Origin: Eledone cirrhosa
Lineage: Eukaryota
NCBI GenBank assembly: GCA_964016885.1
Contig: OZ024760.1
Coordinates: 15,872,001 to 15,936,000, forward strand
Length of the DNA: 64,000 nucleotides
Direction: 5' to 3'
Shown: positions 42,501 to 56,800 of the stretch, in pieces
Position numbering within the stretch: the first letter of the stretch is position 1
How the letters are laid out: every line of letters starts with the position of its first letter
Made by a program: the position numbers and the translations under genes
Notes under the pieces: model-generated
The model's database searches: none
Told to the model about the DNA's origin: nothing
Seen by the model: only the letters and a program-made list of their open reading frames with translations

Positions 42501-45500
42501 GAGTGAGAGAGAGAAAGTGAGCCAGATATCTGCAATGGTTTTGCATGAGTAGCCTCTGTTCGTGATGATGTGGATTGGAGCCGTCTGCTGTCGGAATCCT
42601 TACAGGTTGACAATATCTGTGATCACCATGCCTGAACAGCCTCTGGATTGGAGCCAGCATAAATAGTGTCTGCTGTTGGAATCCTTACTGGCTGGCAATA
42701 TCTGTATAAGATGTCTGTGATCACCATACATGAGTAGGCTCTTCGTAATGTTGTGGATTGAACCCAGTATATATATTGTCTATCTGCTGCCAGAATGGTA
42801 ATTGGCTGACGACATTTGTGTCAAATGTTTGTGATCACTGTGTCTGAGTGGCCCCTTTTTGTAATGTTGATTGGAGCTGGAATATTGGGTGTTTCTACCA
42901 GTGATTGTGGCTGGCCCCTTTTCATGTATTAGAGCCAACATATAGCATCTCTCTACTGCTATGACTGGTCCCTTTTCATGATATTGTGTAATGGAGTCAG
43001 CATATAAAGTGTCTTTCTACCACTGTGATTGTGACTGGCCCTTTTTCGTGATGTTGTGGATTGGAGCCAACATATAGGGTGTCTGTTTACTACTGTAATT
43101 GTGAGTATTTGACAATACCTGTGTCAGATGTGTGGGTGCACTGGTTGGAGCTGACTCAACCCATCATAGGTGAACATCAAACACAAGTACAAGATATACG
43201 TGTATCATCATCATTTTACATATCTCTCTATATATATTTCGTTTAATTCTGTTTCTATTTATTTTGATTTCATGCTTTATATTTATTTTTATTTCTATTT
43301 TTCTTGCTAACACCCCTCTCGGAGTCCCCCCACCCCACCCACTCTCCCGATGAAGGACTTATGTCATAAACAACCCCAACCATTCTCACCAAGTGTGAAG
43401 CTAATAAGAATATGTACCATTGACTCCTGCATTTGTTTGTTTGTTCGTCATTTTGAACTATATATATATACACACACACACTTATACAAATATATATATA
43501 TATACACACATATATAAATATATATATACACATACACACATATATATATATATATATAAATAAATACAATAGTGAGACACTTACCACCAGATACTGTAGA
43601 TCCAAACAAACCTAAAGATGCTTGTTCGACTTTATTCACCAGATTTACAGCAAAATCAATACTTTTACGAGTGATTGGCAGACAAGAATCAATCTCACTG
43701 AAATTTTGAAATGAAAAACAAATAATTAGAATTTATAAAAAAAAATTTGAAGTAAATTATTTTCAAAATCAGTTTAGGTGTTAATTAATTCCCGCTCTTT
43801 CACTTAATAAGGTTGTGGGATGAAGAGGTGTACTTTAGTACCACATAGCTTCAGGTTCAGTCTGTGGTGTACATTGGGCAAGTGTCTTCTACTATAACCC
43901 CAGGGCAACCATTACCTTGTGAGTACAATTTTGTAAAGAGAAACTGTGTAAGGACATTATATATATATATATATATAAAATACACCCAGTACACTCTGTA
44001 AAGTGGCTGGTGTTAGAAAGAACATCCAGCTGCAGAAACCTTGCCAAAAATGGAATGTAGGAGCAGTCTCCAAATAAGAACTGACACGGATTCTCACCAC
44101 TTCCCATCCAGGTCTTTCTCTACTGCTGCCCCCTTCCTCTGGAATTACGTGGCACTTCTTCACTCAACGATCATCATCATCATCATCATCATTTCATTTT
44201 ACGTCCGCTTTTTCCCTGCTTGCAAGGGTGGGACGGGAACTGATTCTGGCTTGATTTCTACAGCTGGATGCCCTTCCTAACACCAACTTCATTTACAGTG
44301 AGTGCTGGGTGCTTTTTTGTCGTGGCACCTCCACGTCTACTTTACAGTGGAATGATAGGGACCCCAGTCCCTATCATCTCATTTCTACAGCTGAGTAAAC
44401 TGGAGCAGTGTGAAATAAAGTGTCTTGCTCAAGGAAACAACACATCACCTGGTCTGAGAATTGAACTCACAACCTTTCGATTGCAAGGCCAATGCTCTAA
44501 CCACTAATATATATATATATATATATAAAAACATACAATGTACAAAGCCGAATTTTCAGCTTTTGAAACGCTGAGAATATATGTATGTATATAAGTATAA
44601 AGAACGTTTTCAAGCACATTGTATTTTCACGATAAAGGCTTTACCTCAAAAATATTAAATCTACGAGATTTTGATATCAGAATTATCTCACCTCTTTCTC
44701 TTCAAACTGGCCATAACTGGCTGTTCATATTGATGTTAAGATATTGTTCTCAAAATAAATAACATCAAAATATCATAGATTCGATATTATGTGAGATAAT
44801 TATGTAAGATAAGGACTTAGCCACAAAAATGCAAAAGTATATATAGAGTAATGTAAATGTCAGTATGAGCAGCCAGTTACAGCTGGTTTGAACAGAACTC
44901 TGGCCAGATATGGCCAGTTTAAATGCTAAAGGGTTAAAAACAGTATACAGTTTATGTTTTATTGTTCGTTTAGACATATTACTACAGAGGTTGTCATTCT
45001 CTTATGTTCATCTCCAAATATAAATAAATAGGAAAACTTACTCCGATTGTAGGTGATAAAACATGTCTCTTGTGGGTAGGAATTCATCAAATGCTGGAAG
45101 AAGGACCTCGAGTTTACTGTGGTATTGCAAACATTCTTCAAAGAGATCTTCATCTTTACTGGGCCACATGGAAGAACCACCACCACCACGGCTTGAACCA
45201 CTGTGACTGGTGGTAGTAGGAGTTGCTGAAAATAACAAAACAGTCTTTATTTGTGCTTGTCATATTTTGGCAAGGTTTTTCTGGTTAGATGCCCTTCCTA
45301 TCACCAACCACTTTACAGCACGGACTGGATGCATTATTTGTGCTACCAACACTAGAGAGGTTGGGTTGTCTTCTTAAGAGTCCTCTCCACCCTATATCAG
45401 TTTTTATTTGGAGTGTTTACTCTTAGATAGGCTGCCTTCACTACAGCTTATAGAGCCCTACGCCTGCCCTGTGCAGTCATTTATCAGAGTCACTTTAATA

Positions 45501-47846
45501 AGTAACAAATAATAATAAAGCCTTCTAATTCAGACACAAGGCCAGCAATTAGGTAGTTTAGTACAAGAAGAATTAAATAAAATATTTCTTACATTAAATT
45601 AACCTTTTCATTATATTTCCAATGAAAGACACTGTCTATGTGTTTCAATTAATTTTGAAAATAATTTTTAAAAGGACAACAACAATTTAGTAAAATAACT
45701 AATTTTTTCATGATCAAGTTAATGTTTAGAACATAAAAAGTTCTTAACATAAAATTATGATGGAATGTTTTAATAAAAGGAAGAATGTCCACTTCAGGGT
45801 TAGTATTAAAAGGATTCATTAAAAACTGTAGTGAGTCAACTTACAATGGTGAATCAGAAAACTAAGGACCAGTTTTAGGTGGTTTGGTATCAAAAGCTTT
45901 AATCAAAAACTGCAGGGAGTCAACTTACAATGGTGAATCAGAAAACTAGGGGTCAGTTTCGCGTAGTTTGGTATCAAAAGGTTTAATCAAAAACTGCAGG
46001 GAGTCAACTTACAATGATGTGTGTCTTCAAAATCATCTAAACCAAAGCTATCATCACAAAGTATAGAAGCATCCTGATCATCTGTTAGGTTAAAATGTCT
46101 GCTTCTTTTAAACGGACGACTGTCTCCCATTTCATCAGTACTAAACAATTCCTGACTCATAACATGCAGAGAACCAATCGCTCTATACAAATACAAATAG
46201 AAACATTATTTAATGTTAATTATAAAGCAAAACCACAGTAAGAAAATACAGACTAATAAATAGCTCGTCTGAAAAGAAATCCTCCCCATCACCATTTTAT
46301 GTCCATTTTACATGTTTGGCAAAATAGATAAAAAGCTGATGATGATATTCACACAATGTTAAAATTAATCTAATTAAATCTAAATAAAAAAGGTTAAAGT
46401 TTGTCCCAGTCTTTGGAGATCATCAGGCCAGAGCTTGTTCTGGTTTTACTGGTGTTAAGTGACTGACAGTACAAGAGTGACCCTTGGACAGGTCCCCAAT
46501 TTATTGCAGGATTAATAAGTCTGTAATAAGCCCAGAGGCACATCAGGTCATTGACATCTTGGTTTCATTGATATTAAGTGACTGAGAGAACAGGACTCAC
46601 CCCCTGGAGAGAACACCAATCCATTGCAGGGTTAACCTCCTCAGCAAGTGCTGTTGGTACATTGGTACATTTCTAGCTGAGTTGACTGGAGCAACATAAA
46701 GTGAAGTGTTTTGTTCAAAGTCCAGGAGTGAAAGCCACGACATTACAACCATGAACCAAACACTTTAATTACTGAGCCACACACACACACCCTTTACAAA
46801 ACCAATCAAAGAGGTGTATTAAGATGTAAAAACACTCACTTTTGTGCTGCCTTTCTCTTTCGCTGTGACTTTGGAGCACTCGCATCACTCTGCACCTGTT
46901 TCTGTCTCTCCATTTCAATACGTTCCTTGCGTTTGTGCAGATTTGTGTGGCTGGCCATGTACATAAGACGTTGCTTTTTATTACAAATAGGACACACAAC
47001 TACTTCTTCCTACAAACAAATTGAGAACAACAGACGACATAAATTATATATAAATATATATACACACACACTATATATAGTGTATATATGTATGTAAAAG
47101 ATAGACAGAAATAACAACACAATCGGTACAGTATATGGAAAGAATATATTAGGTTAAAGCTTGAAATAGCAGGAAGAAGGTCTTAAAGTTTCGGACACTA
47201 GTCCTTCATCGGAAGAAAGAATGAGAATTAAGATAGACAGAAGGGACGGGCGGGTTGGAATTGGAAAAAATGTTTATGTGTATATATAGGAACAAGTATG
47301 ACCCCATCGGGGTCATACTTCTTCCTATTACCCACTCTACTACCCTAAGTATTGAGTACTTTGGTGCGTTATGGTCCATCTGGTTCTTACCACATTTCCT
47401 TCGTTATATATATATATATTAAAGTTTAAGCAAAGAATTGCTGCTTGCAGAAGATCCTGTTAAGAGTGAAAGCAGCGATTCTTTGCTTAAACTTTAATCT
47501 GTTATTTTAATAAATATTTGCTCTAGGGTTCTTATATATTTGATATATATTTTTCCTTATCGAGCCCTCTTTGGATTTTAATCTTCAAATTTATTATTAT
47601 TACTATATATATATATATTTATTAAAATAACAGATTAAAGTTTAAGCAAAGAATCGCTGCTTTCACTCTTAACAGGATCTTCTGCAAGCAGCGATTCTTT
47701 GCTTAAACTTTAATAAATATATATATATATAACGAAGGAAATGTGGTAAGGAACCAGATGGACCATAACGCACCCTTAACGGGATCTTCTGAAACTTTAT
47801 CCTTATCGAGCCCTCTTTGGATTTTAGTCTTCAAATTTATTATTAC

Positions 47847-47878
<32 letters not shown>

Positions 47879-50800
47879 TATACATGACAAAGAGAGGCGG
47901 AATGAGATGGTGGAGGAAAGTTGAAAGTGACTGGGCGAGAGAAGTGTTGAGAAAAGAGTCAATGAAAACTTATGAAGAGAAATGGAATGAGATGGTTGGG
48001 TCATGTGTTGAGGAAGGATGAAGGTGACTGGGTGAGAGGAATAGAGACAATAATGAAATGTTGTGAAGAGAAATGAAATAAGATGGTTGGGTTATGTGTT
48101 GAGGAAGGATGAAAGTGACTGGGTGAGAGGAGTGTTGAGAATAGAAATGGAACAAGATCATGGGTGAGAGGTTTGACGAGAATGAATAGAGAAGGACGTC
48201 GCGAAGAGGAGGAGAAAGAACCAATTAAAAAAATAAGAACAAACATACACTAAATCTAACAACATACCTCTCGGCCACACCACTCAATATGGAACTGGTA
48301 GTATTGAAAATTCCGGACTTCTTTGCCACACTGAGGGCAGTTCAGTTTACCCAATTTTTTCATAATATTTTTCAATGATTTGTTATCTGCGCTGCCTTCT
48401 GGACAATCTTTGGTCCACTGAAAATATGCAGTGAAATAAAATATACTTAGTATTTCATTATTAGCCTTACTCTTAGTAAGTTTAACAATTCCTTGGAAAC
48501 TGTGACCATCCAAGTATATAATCTCTGTTGAAATCATTTGCCTTTGCGTTGAGAAACAACACGATTGTTACCAGAAACAATGTTGTTGTGACAAACAACA
48601 TTGTGATAAACATTATTGTTGTGATAAACGTTATTGTCATCAAAAACAACATTATTGTCATCAAAAACATTATTGTCACCAAAAACATTATTGCCATCAA
48701 AAACAACACTGTGATCAAAAACAACATTATTGTCATCAAAAGCAACACTGATCAAAAACAACATTATTTATTTTGAGAACAATACCTTAACATCAGTATG
48801 AGTGGCCAGTTACAGCTGGTTTGAACAGAAAGAGGTGAGAGAATTCTGGCCGAATATGGCCGGTGGGTGTTTCCATGCTGGACGAAGGACAGAACTTATC
48901 CCAGTTTCATGTGACAGTAAGTAATTGAATGTGCAAAAAATAATAGATGAATAAATAAAAATAAAACACCCCCTTAACCCTTTAAACTTGTCATATCCGG
49001 CCAGAATTCTCTCACCTTTTTCTGTTCAAGCCGCCCGCTCATACTTATGTTAAGGTATTGTTCTCAAAATAAATAATATCAAAACTTCATTGATTCAATA
49101 TTATGTGAGATAAAGCCTTTATTGTGAAAATATAACATGTAAATGGTAAAGGGTGAAAGGGGACACCAGTAAGTTTGCAAAACTGACCACAGCCAGTGCT
49201 ATTGCTGGTCCTCATTCAGCTGAGTGGACTGGAGCAATGAGAAATGAATTGCTTTGCTCAAGGAATGCCACCCTGTCTGGAGACTGAACCCACAACCTTA
49301 CCATCAACCATCGTCAGAGCTACTCTCCTAAACAGTGAGCCACCAGTGTTTTATCAACAATTACAATACTCTAACCTGAAATAGATTTACTCATATTAAA
49401 ACAATGAAATTTACAGCTCACACATTTACAGGTTTAGTTGGTCTCCCACAAGGTTTTATCTTATAGGAGGTTTCTTGGGTGTTTTAATGATTGGGCCCCC
49501 GGTCCTACCATGAAACAATACAAAATGAAGCACCTTGCTCAAGAACACAACACACTGCCTGGTTGAGGAATCAAACCCACAATTTTATGTTTGTGAGTCC
49601 AATGCCCTGACACTAGGCCACACATCTTCACACTTATTAACTCATAACATCCTGTACTGCATGAAACCACATTAGCAAGACATTCCAGCACAATGACTGC
49701 ATCACATTAAAACTATTAGTGAAAGTTTAAACAACAATCTGTCCACTAGGAAAGATGTTATAAACATTTGAATTAACAAAGCCATTTTTAGACATTTTTT
49801 GTTAAATCATTAAGAGGATGTTAATGAGTTAAAATAATAAATTAATAAGATGAAAAAAATAGCAAAACAATAAATAACAAACAGAATTCTTTCCAATAGA
49901 ACCACAACATCAACATAAACCCCCTACAGTTGGGCACCATTTCTGGAAGTTTAACCCTTTTGTTACCAACCTGGTCAAAATTGGCTTTGGTATTGGGGAA
50001 ACAAAATCACCCATTTTAACCGGCCAGAATTCCTTCCCCGTTTTGAAACTGCCTGTAACCAGCAGCTCATACCAAAGCTAAGATATTGTTCTTAAAATAA
50101 ACAATAGCATCATCAAACTCTCGTAGACTCGAGATTATGATATAATTATGTGAGATAAAGCCTCTACCATGAATGTACAATAGTAAATGCTAAAGGGTTT
50201 CCAATTTAAATTAAAATCGTTCAACATAATTTTATATAAGAATCTTACATTAACCATTTAAACCAGCCATATCTGGCCAGAATTCTCTCACCTCTTTCTG
50301 TTCAAACCAGCTGTAACTGGCCACTCATACTGATGTTAAGGTAGTGTTCTCAAAATAAATAACATCAAAATTTCATAGATTCGATATTATGTTAGATAAT
50401 TATGATATAATAATAAATATAGAGTAATGTAAATGCTAAAGCGTTAAATTACTATCTTAGTAATGAAATAATTAATAATTTTAGTTTAGTAAATCCTTGA
50501 AATCTTTCATTAATTAATTAAAATAAAGTGTATTTCATTAGAAATACAGTCGTGAAGGTTAATTAATCCATTCACAATTACACGGTAAAGGCTTTATCTC
50601 ACATAATATCGAATCTATGAGATTTTGATATTTATTTTGAGAACAATACCTTAACATAAATGAGCAGCTGGTTACGGCCGGTTTAAATGCTAAAGGTTAA
50701 AGGGAAGACAATAAAATGCCTGAAACAATGTATAACATTGACAAGACAGCCCAACAGTATTAACCCTTTAGCATTTAAACCGGCTGTATCTGGCCAGAAT

Positions 50801-53800
50801 TCTCTCACCTCCTGTTCAAACCGGTTGCTCATACTGATGTTAAGGTATGGTTCTCAAAAGAAATATCAAAATCTCATAGATTCGATGTTATATGAAATAA
50901 AGTGTTTACCATGAAAATACAATAGTAAATATAGAGTAATGTAAATGCTAAAGGGTTACAGGAAGACATTCAAATGTTTGAAACAATATTGACAAGACAG
51001 CCTAGACATGTGTTCAATAATTTATCCAGTCAACTTTACAACAACAACAACAACACTATTACAGATATCACACACCAAGCTGCACACACTTAAAAATATT
51101 ATTAACCATTTCATTTTACAAAAGTCACATAAGAAGCATTTTATAGCCATTTTCCTTGCTAAAACAGGTTACCATTGCAGGTCTTATGACAAGCTTCTCC
51201 ATTCAGCATTCTACCCTATCATACATCGACACTGCTGAAATATACTGGGACAATACAATAACTAACAATAGTATCACCATCGCCTTCCTTTTATGCCTAC
51301 TTTCCATGTTGACAAGAGTTGGGTTGGTTGTCTGGGTGTGAGTTAGACTGGGAGGACCACATCTTGTTCATTCATTCATTCCATTGTTTGGTATGGTTTC
51401 TAGAGCTGCCTGGATGCCCTTCCTATCATCAATAACAATTTAAAAATTGATTGAATCTATATATATATATAAATTTTTGAGTGACTTCTGTCCATCCTCC
51501 CGTCACACACTAGAGATGACTGAGGAAGGAAGAGGTGATGACGTCAGCATGTTGAAAAAAATTCTAGTACACAAAATAACAACAACATCAACAAGAAGCA
51601 CCTGTCTACCGAGTTCATTGTTAATTAAACAGAAACAACGAGTCTCCTAAATTAATGAATTCAACAACAACTTTTCATACGGAAAATAATTTTTTGTTTC
51701 CATATATATATATATAATGGTATAAGACATGTAAAAGAGGGAGAATAAAACTGTAAGGATAACATTGTGGCCCATTGGTTGTGGTACTGATTGAATATTG
51801 AACAGGTTTAATTGATTAATAGGTTTAACTAGCTGATTAATAGGTTTAGTCTTTCAATAAAGTTTAACTAACCTGCCGATAGCTGCTTCCATGTGGAATA
51901 TAAAATATATTGTCCTGAATCCATGACTCAAGTATTAAGGTCAATGACCAAAAGTGGCACACGCAAAAATATTGAAAAAAATTCCAAAATATATTGAAAA
52001 ATTTAAAAAAAATAAATAAATAAATAATAATAAAAATAAAGAACAAAACAAAATGTCTTTCAATTGAAAGAAAAAAAAGTTTGTTAGTTGTAAAAAACCA
52101 GAAACTTATTGTGAAGAAATATGAAAAGTTCTGTAAATAATGATGTAAAAATATGAATAATACTAAGAAAAAAAAAAAATGGGGGGAGGAAGGGGGAATG
52201 GAGGATTAGAAGAACCAATACCAAGAAGGACAGCATCAAATTATTTCTAGCAGGAGTTTTTTGCTTACCAGAGCTTGGTGAATAGTCATTAAATGGTATT
52301 TGAGTGAAGAAGCACTGACAAGTGTAGCTTCACATCTTGGACACTTGAGGTTCTGAAAAAAATGTAAATAAAAAAAAAGGACAACCAAATTCAATTAGAG
52401 ACTATTAAAATGCTGCAGGGACTTGAAGAGGTTTCGGTATTCGGTATTTGGTATAGCTTGGTTTTTTTTTTAGACCAGGAACATTGGAACATTTTTTTTA
52501 TGTATTGTTTAGTAGGAACTTATCTTGTAATTCTGTTGTACGTGTCCGCAAACAGGCAGCTTTGATTGAAATGTAATGAATATTAGTTGAACACATTAAG
52601 TATTGGAGGACGACAGCAGTAGGGGGATAATTTTAATGTAACGTACCACAAACTACACAAGAGTCATGTATTCAGTTTCCTCTGCGAGCAGCTGAAACTT
52701 TTTAAACTAGGCAAACCTGAGAATATTATTACTCAGCCACATTATATACAGGTGAAATTCCATTATAACGAAATTTTCAATATAACGAAATTTTGTTTAA
52801 TTCCCGACGTAATAACAAACAAACGCTAGATTTATTTCAGTTGATTTCGTTACAAAGAATTTTTTTTATACTCGGTGAATTTCGTTATAACGGAATTTCA
52901 CTGTATTAGAGTTCATGCTTCTCTCAATTAAAATAGAATTTAAAGAGGAAAAAAAAAAACAAAAAAAAAAACAAGAAAAAATAAACGCCTAAATTATTGG
53001 AAATATAACTATTTTAATATTTTAATTGAAATTTAGTTTTAGCAAGGTAAGGTGGGAGCCACTTGATAGCAAATATTTAATATAAGGTGTACCACAACAG
53101 GAAATCCATACAAAAAGCTCGGAAAGGGCAAGGGAAAAAAAATCAGCCCAAAAAAAAACAACAAAAAAAGCTTGGGAAAAAAAAAAAAAAAAAAAAAAAA
53201 AAATGAAAAACGAAAACTTAAACAACTAACCTCGGACTTCTTATTGCTGGTTTTATCTGGTGTCTGGTCATCTGCATCCTCTAATGTCTCATCTCCTGCA
53301 TCATAGTTAGAATCTACCTCATTCTCATATAAGCTGTTCTGATCAACATTCACAATAATCCTACGAGGGGATTTCTGTTTACGGCGAGGTGTAGAAGCAT
53401 CGTAATGTTTAAATCCCGATTGCTTCTTTCTGGATCGTTTTGTAGAAGCGTATTCTGAATCAACTGATTGCTTCGGCCATATAAGATTACCATCGTCTAT
53501 TAAATCTATTGGCGTTAGATTAATTTGAGGGATTCTTTTGGTTCTTCCAAGTTTACGTTTCTGAGAGGAATTCTGAAGATCAGGATCTACCAGGTCAATT
53601 TCCTCTTTCACAGAAGAGACAGAATAACCATCAACACCATCACCATCACTAGCTTTGGAATTCTTTTCAGCTTCTTTTTTCAAATTTCCGCTGAAAGTAG
53701 CTTTCTGTGAGTTGTGACGGTCGTCTCCGCCTTTACGAGCCAACTTCTCGACATTCACACGAGACTTCTGAGCATTACTTTTAACACTGTCGGCTCTTTT

Positions 53801-56800
53801 AGAGGTTTCCTTATCCTTTAAAGCAACTGGCTTGTGTAGCGGACTGCTGTCACCTGGGTCGATGGCTATTTCGTTATATTCTTCAATCTCTGTGCTTTCA
53901 CCACTGGAAACATTTTCGTATTTTTTCTGTTTATCAGAAGCAACAGATGAACTAAACTTGGATCCCTTCTCGCTAATTAAAGACATGTCAGTCTTTTTAA
54001 TCCTGACACTGAGCTTTAGCGGTGTTTTACCTTTTTCAGCAAACAGTTTCTCTTTTGAGTTCTGACCAATTGCTTTTGACACATAGTTACTTTTTGCACT
54101 GGCCCCTTTAGTTTGATTGTCATTTACAGAGGCAGAATCTTCTTCACTACCACTACTACAGTCCGACTGATTTACTTCTGTGTTTGGGACATTTTCAATG
54201 GTATCATCAGAAGTATTTGAAGTAGAGGGACTACTTGGGCTGTAGTCTCTGCCCCCAGTTTTATTTTTTAAGTGCTTCGACTTTCCGCTGCCCTTACTGT
54301 TGTCTCGAGTAGCGGCAGCAGCAGACTCAGCACCAGCAGCACCTGACTCTTTCCCTTCATTAATCAAGTCACTCTTTCGAAGCCATTTTTCAGGCTGTAA
54401 CTTAGATAATCTTAGAGTCAGAGCAGGGGTGGCAGGAAACAAACGTGAATCATTGTTTTGCTGTATAGATTTCACATTTTCAAACTCTGTACTTTCTTCT
54501 AGTTTTATACTAGAGACACAGTAGGTAACTTTCTTAGATTTCTTCTTGTGTTTCTTTTCTTCGAGAGAAGTAAAATTGGATGAAGTTTCTCTAGAAGCCT
54601 TGCTAGACTTTCGGCTCTTCGTTTGACGCTTTCTGTATACATCGGAACCCTCCATCATTCTTGCTTGGAGCAACTGCATACGCAGACTGCGAGATGAATC
54701 TTCCTCAGGTTGATCTGAGGACACTGACAGTTTGCCAGGATCATCTTCATCACTATCCTCATAGGTAAGTTGTTGTTCTTCACCTTTTCTCAATACCGAA
54801 ACCTTCTTTGATGCAATATTAGCTGCACGTTTTCGGTAGCAGTTTCTCGATTTCGTTCCTAAGACTGTTTCCTCTTTACTCGCAGCACTATCATCAGTGC
54901 TTGCTGACAAACTCTTTGAAGACCGTCCTCGTCTAATATTACTTTCCGACACAATCAGCGCTCTTGTCTGGCGTTGAGATCTGCGAACATTGTTACTCCT
55001 AAAAAGATAAAAAATTCTCTCATTTTATAATCAATATTTTATCAAATGTAATATTAGATGTAACAGCATTACTTTAACCCTTTCGTTACCATATTTCTAA
55101 TGAAAGACACTGCCTATTATTTTCAAACCATTTTGAAAATAACCACAAAATTGGAGGGGAGGGAAAGAGTGGTAATTAGTAAAGACATTGGCTATGGTTT
55201 TCAAATGACAAAATTTGAATGGGTCTAGTAAAATAACTTTCTCATTATTAAGCTGGTGTTTGGAACATAACTTGACAAAGGTTCTTACATAAAATGGTGA
55301 TAGTGATGGTGATGTAAAACAAAACACTTTTATATTATAGAACCTAGAATAGTGCCGGTGTCAAAAGGGTTAAAATAACTTTTAAAAATTGTTTTATTAA
55401 ATAAACCAAATACAAATCAATGCTGATCCAATACCAAGTGTATCCAATACCCATGACTTGATCGAGCACCTAAATAAACATGTTAGTAAATTTCAGATTT
55501 CAGTAGGAGCAGTTGAACAGGTTGTCCTCACATTTATGGGACCAAACTTCAAACAGCATTGCATGCAACAGAACAAAACCAATTCTAATGTTATTAAAAT
55601 ACAGGCTCGGGGTCAATTATATATAAAAATAAATCGAAATAAAATAAAAACAAAACATGAGGTAAGGTTAGTGTCAAAATCAATTTAAGATATACTTACC
55701 CCAAAACTGAGTTTTATAATTAAAAGTTGTGCTCAGATCAATCAGGGTAGACAGGGAGAAAGCCGTATGAATGAGTGTACATTCTATCAAACCCTCAATT
55801 CTAGTTGAAATGAAATTTTCAAAAGAAAAAAAAAAGAAAAGAAAAGAAAAAAAACCTTTCAATAAATCTGAATTTAGCTTTTCTTAGAATTTTACCAGGG
55901 ATCCCGCCGGCAAATGGTTTATCAGGGAAACAAACAAAAATTATAATTGAATCCTTAGTCTTATTATATTTACAGAGACACACAAACATGTATATCTCTC
56001 TCTCCCTCCCCCCTTTTCAAAATCCTTAATATTATATTTACTCTTAGAAAACAGAGACACACAAACACGTTTTGTTAGGTTTAGTAACTCCACAGGCTAC
56101 CCACAATGTGCTGGGGTGCTGTAGTATGGTCTTGTTAGGTTTAGTAACTCCACAGGCTACCCACAATGTGCTGGGGTGCTGTAGTATGGTCTTGTTAGGT
56201 TTATCAACTCTCACAGACTACCCACAAAGTGAGGATGAGATCCCATAATGTGCTGGGGTGCTGTAGTATGGTCCTGTAAGGTTTAACAACATCCTAACAA
56301 AGGATGAAACAAACACTTTGATGCTATAAAATACACCCTGTACACTCTGTAAAGTAGTCAATGATCGAACAGAAACAATATAGGTTAGAGTGAGCACTCC
56401 AGTCTGGCTGACACAGGCCAACCTCTCGAGTACAAGTGCCACAATAAAATGCACCCAGTACACTCTGTAAAGTAGTTTGTATTAGGGCATAGAGAAACCA
56501 TGTCAAAATATAGAACATATGAGTAAGACAACACCCACGATTTGCCTCTGAATGGTTTTTGGATTAAAGTTACTTGATAGTGTAGCTCGAAGATCAGAGA
56601 GTCACTCCAGGTAGAGCTGCTACTACTCCTAATTGAGAGATCACAGCTCTGATACTAAGGGCATGTGGTTAGAATGTCTCAGGAAAGAATCGCTGGAATC
56701 ACTCTGGGAAGAGCTGCTACTACTCCTAATTGAGAGATCACAGCTCTGATACTAAGGGCATGTGGTTAGAATGTCACAGGAAATAATTGCTGGACAGATT

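Noticed and set aside
47176-47218. Hammerhead-like CCGATGAA-GGAC[TAGT]GTCC-GAAAC on the minus strand
   Set aside because: The core is mutated, there is no NUH in position and no stem I; at most a decayed relic.
51873-51914. Possible 42-nt in-frame cassette exon (DNIFYIPHGSSYRQ)
   Set aside because: The donor is plausible but the acceptor has a weak pyrimidine tract, and the exon is not needed to keep the frame.
53039-53230. Hydrophobic Phe-rich C-terminus of the 637-aa ORF (apparent transmembrane segment)
   Set aside because: It is read-through into an intronic poly-T tract beyond the donor at 53230.
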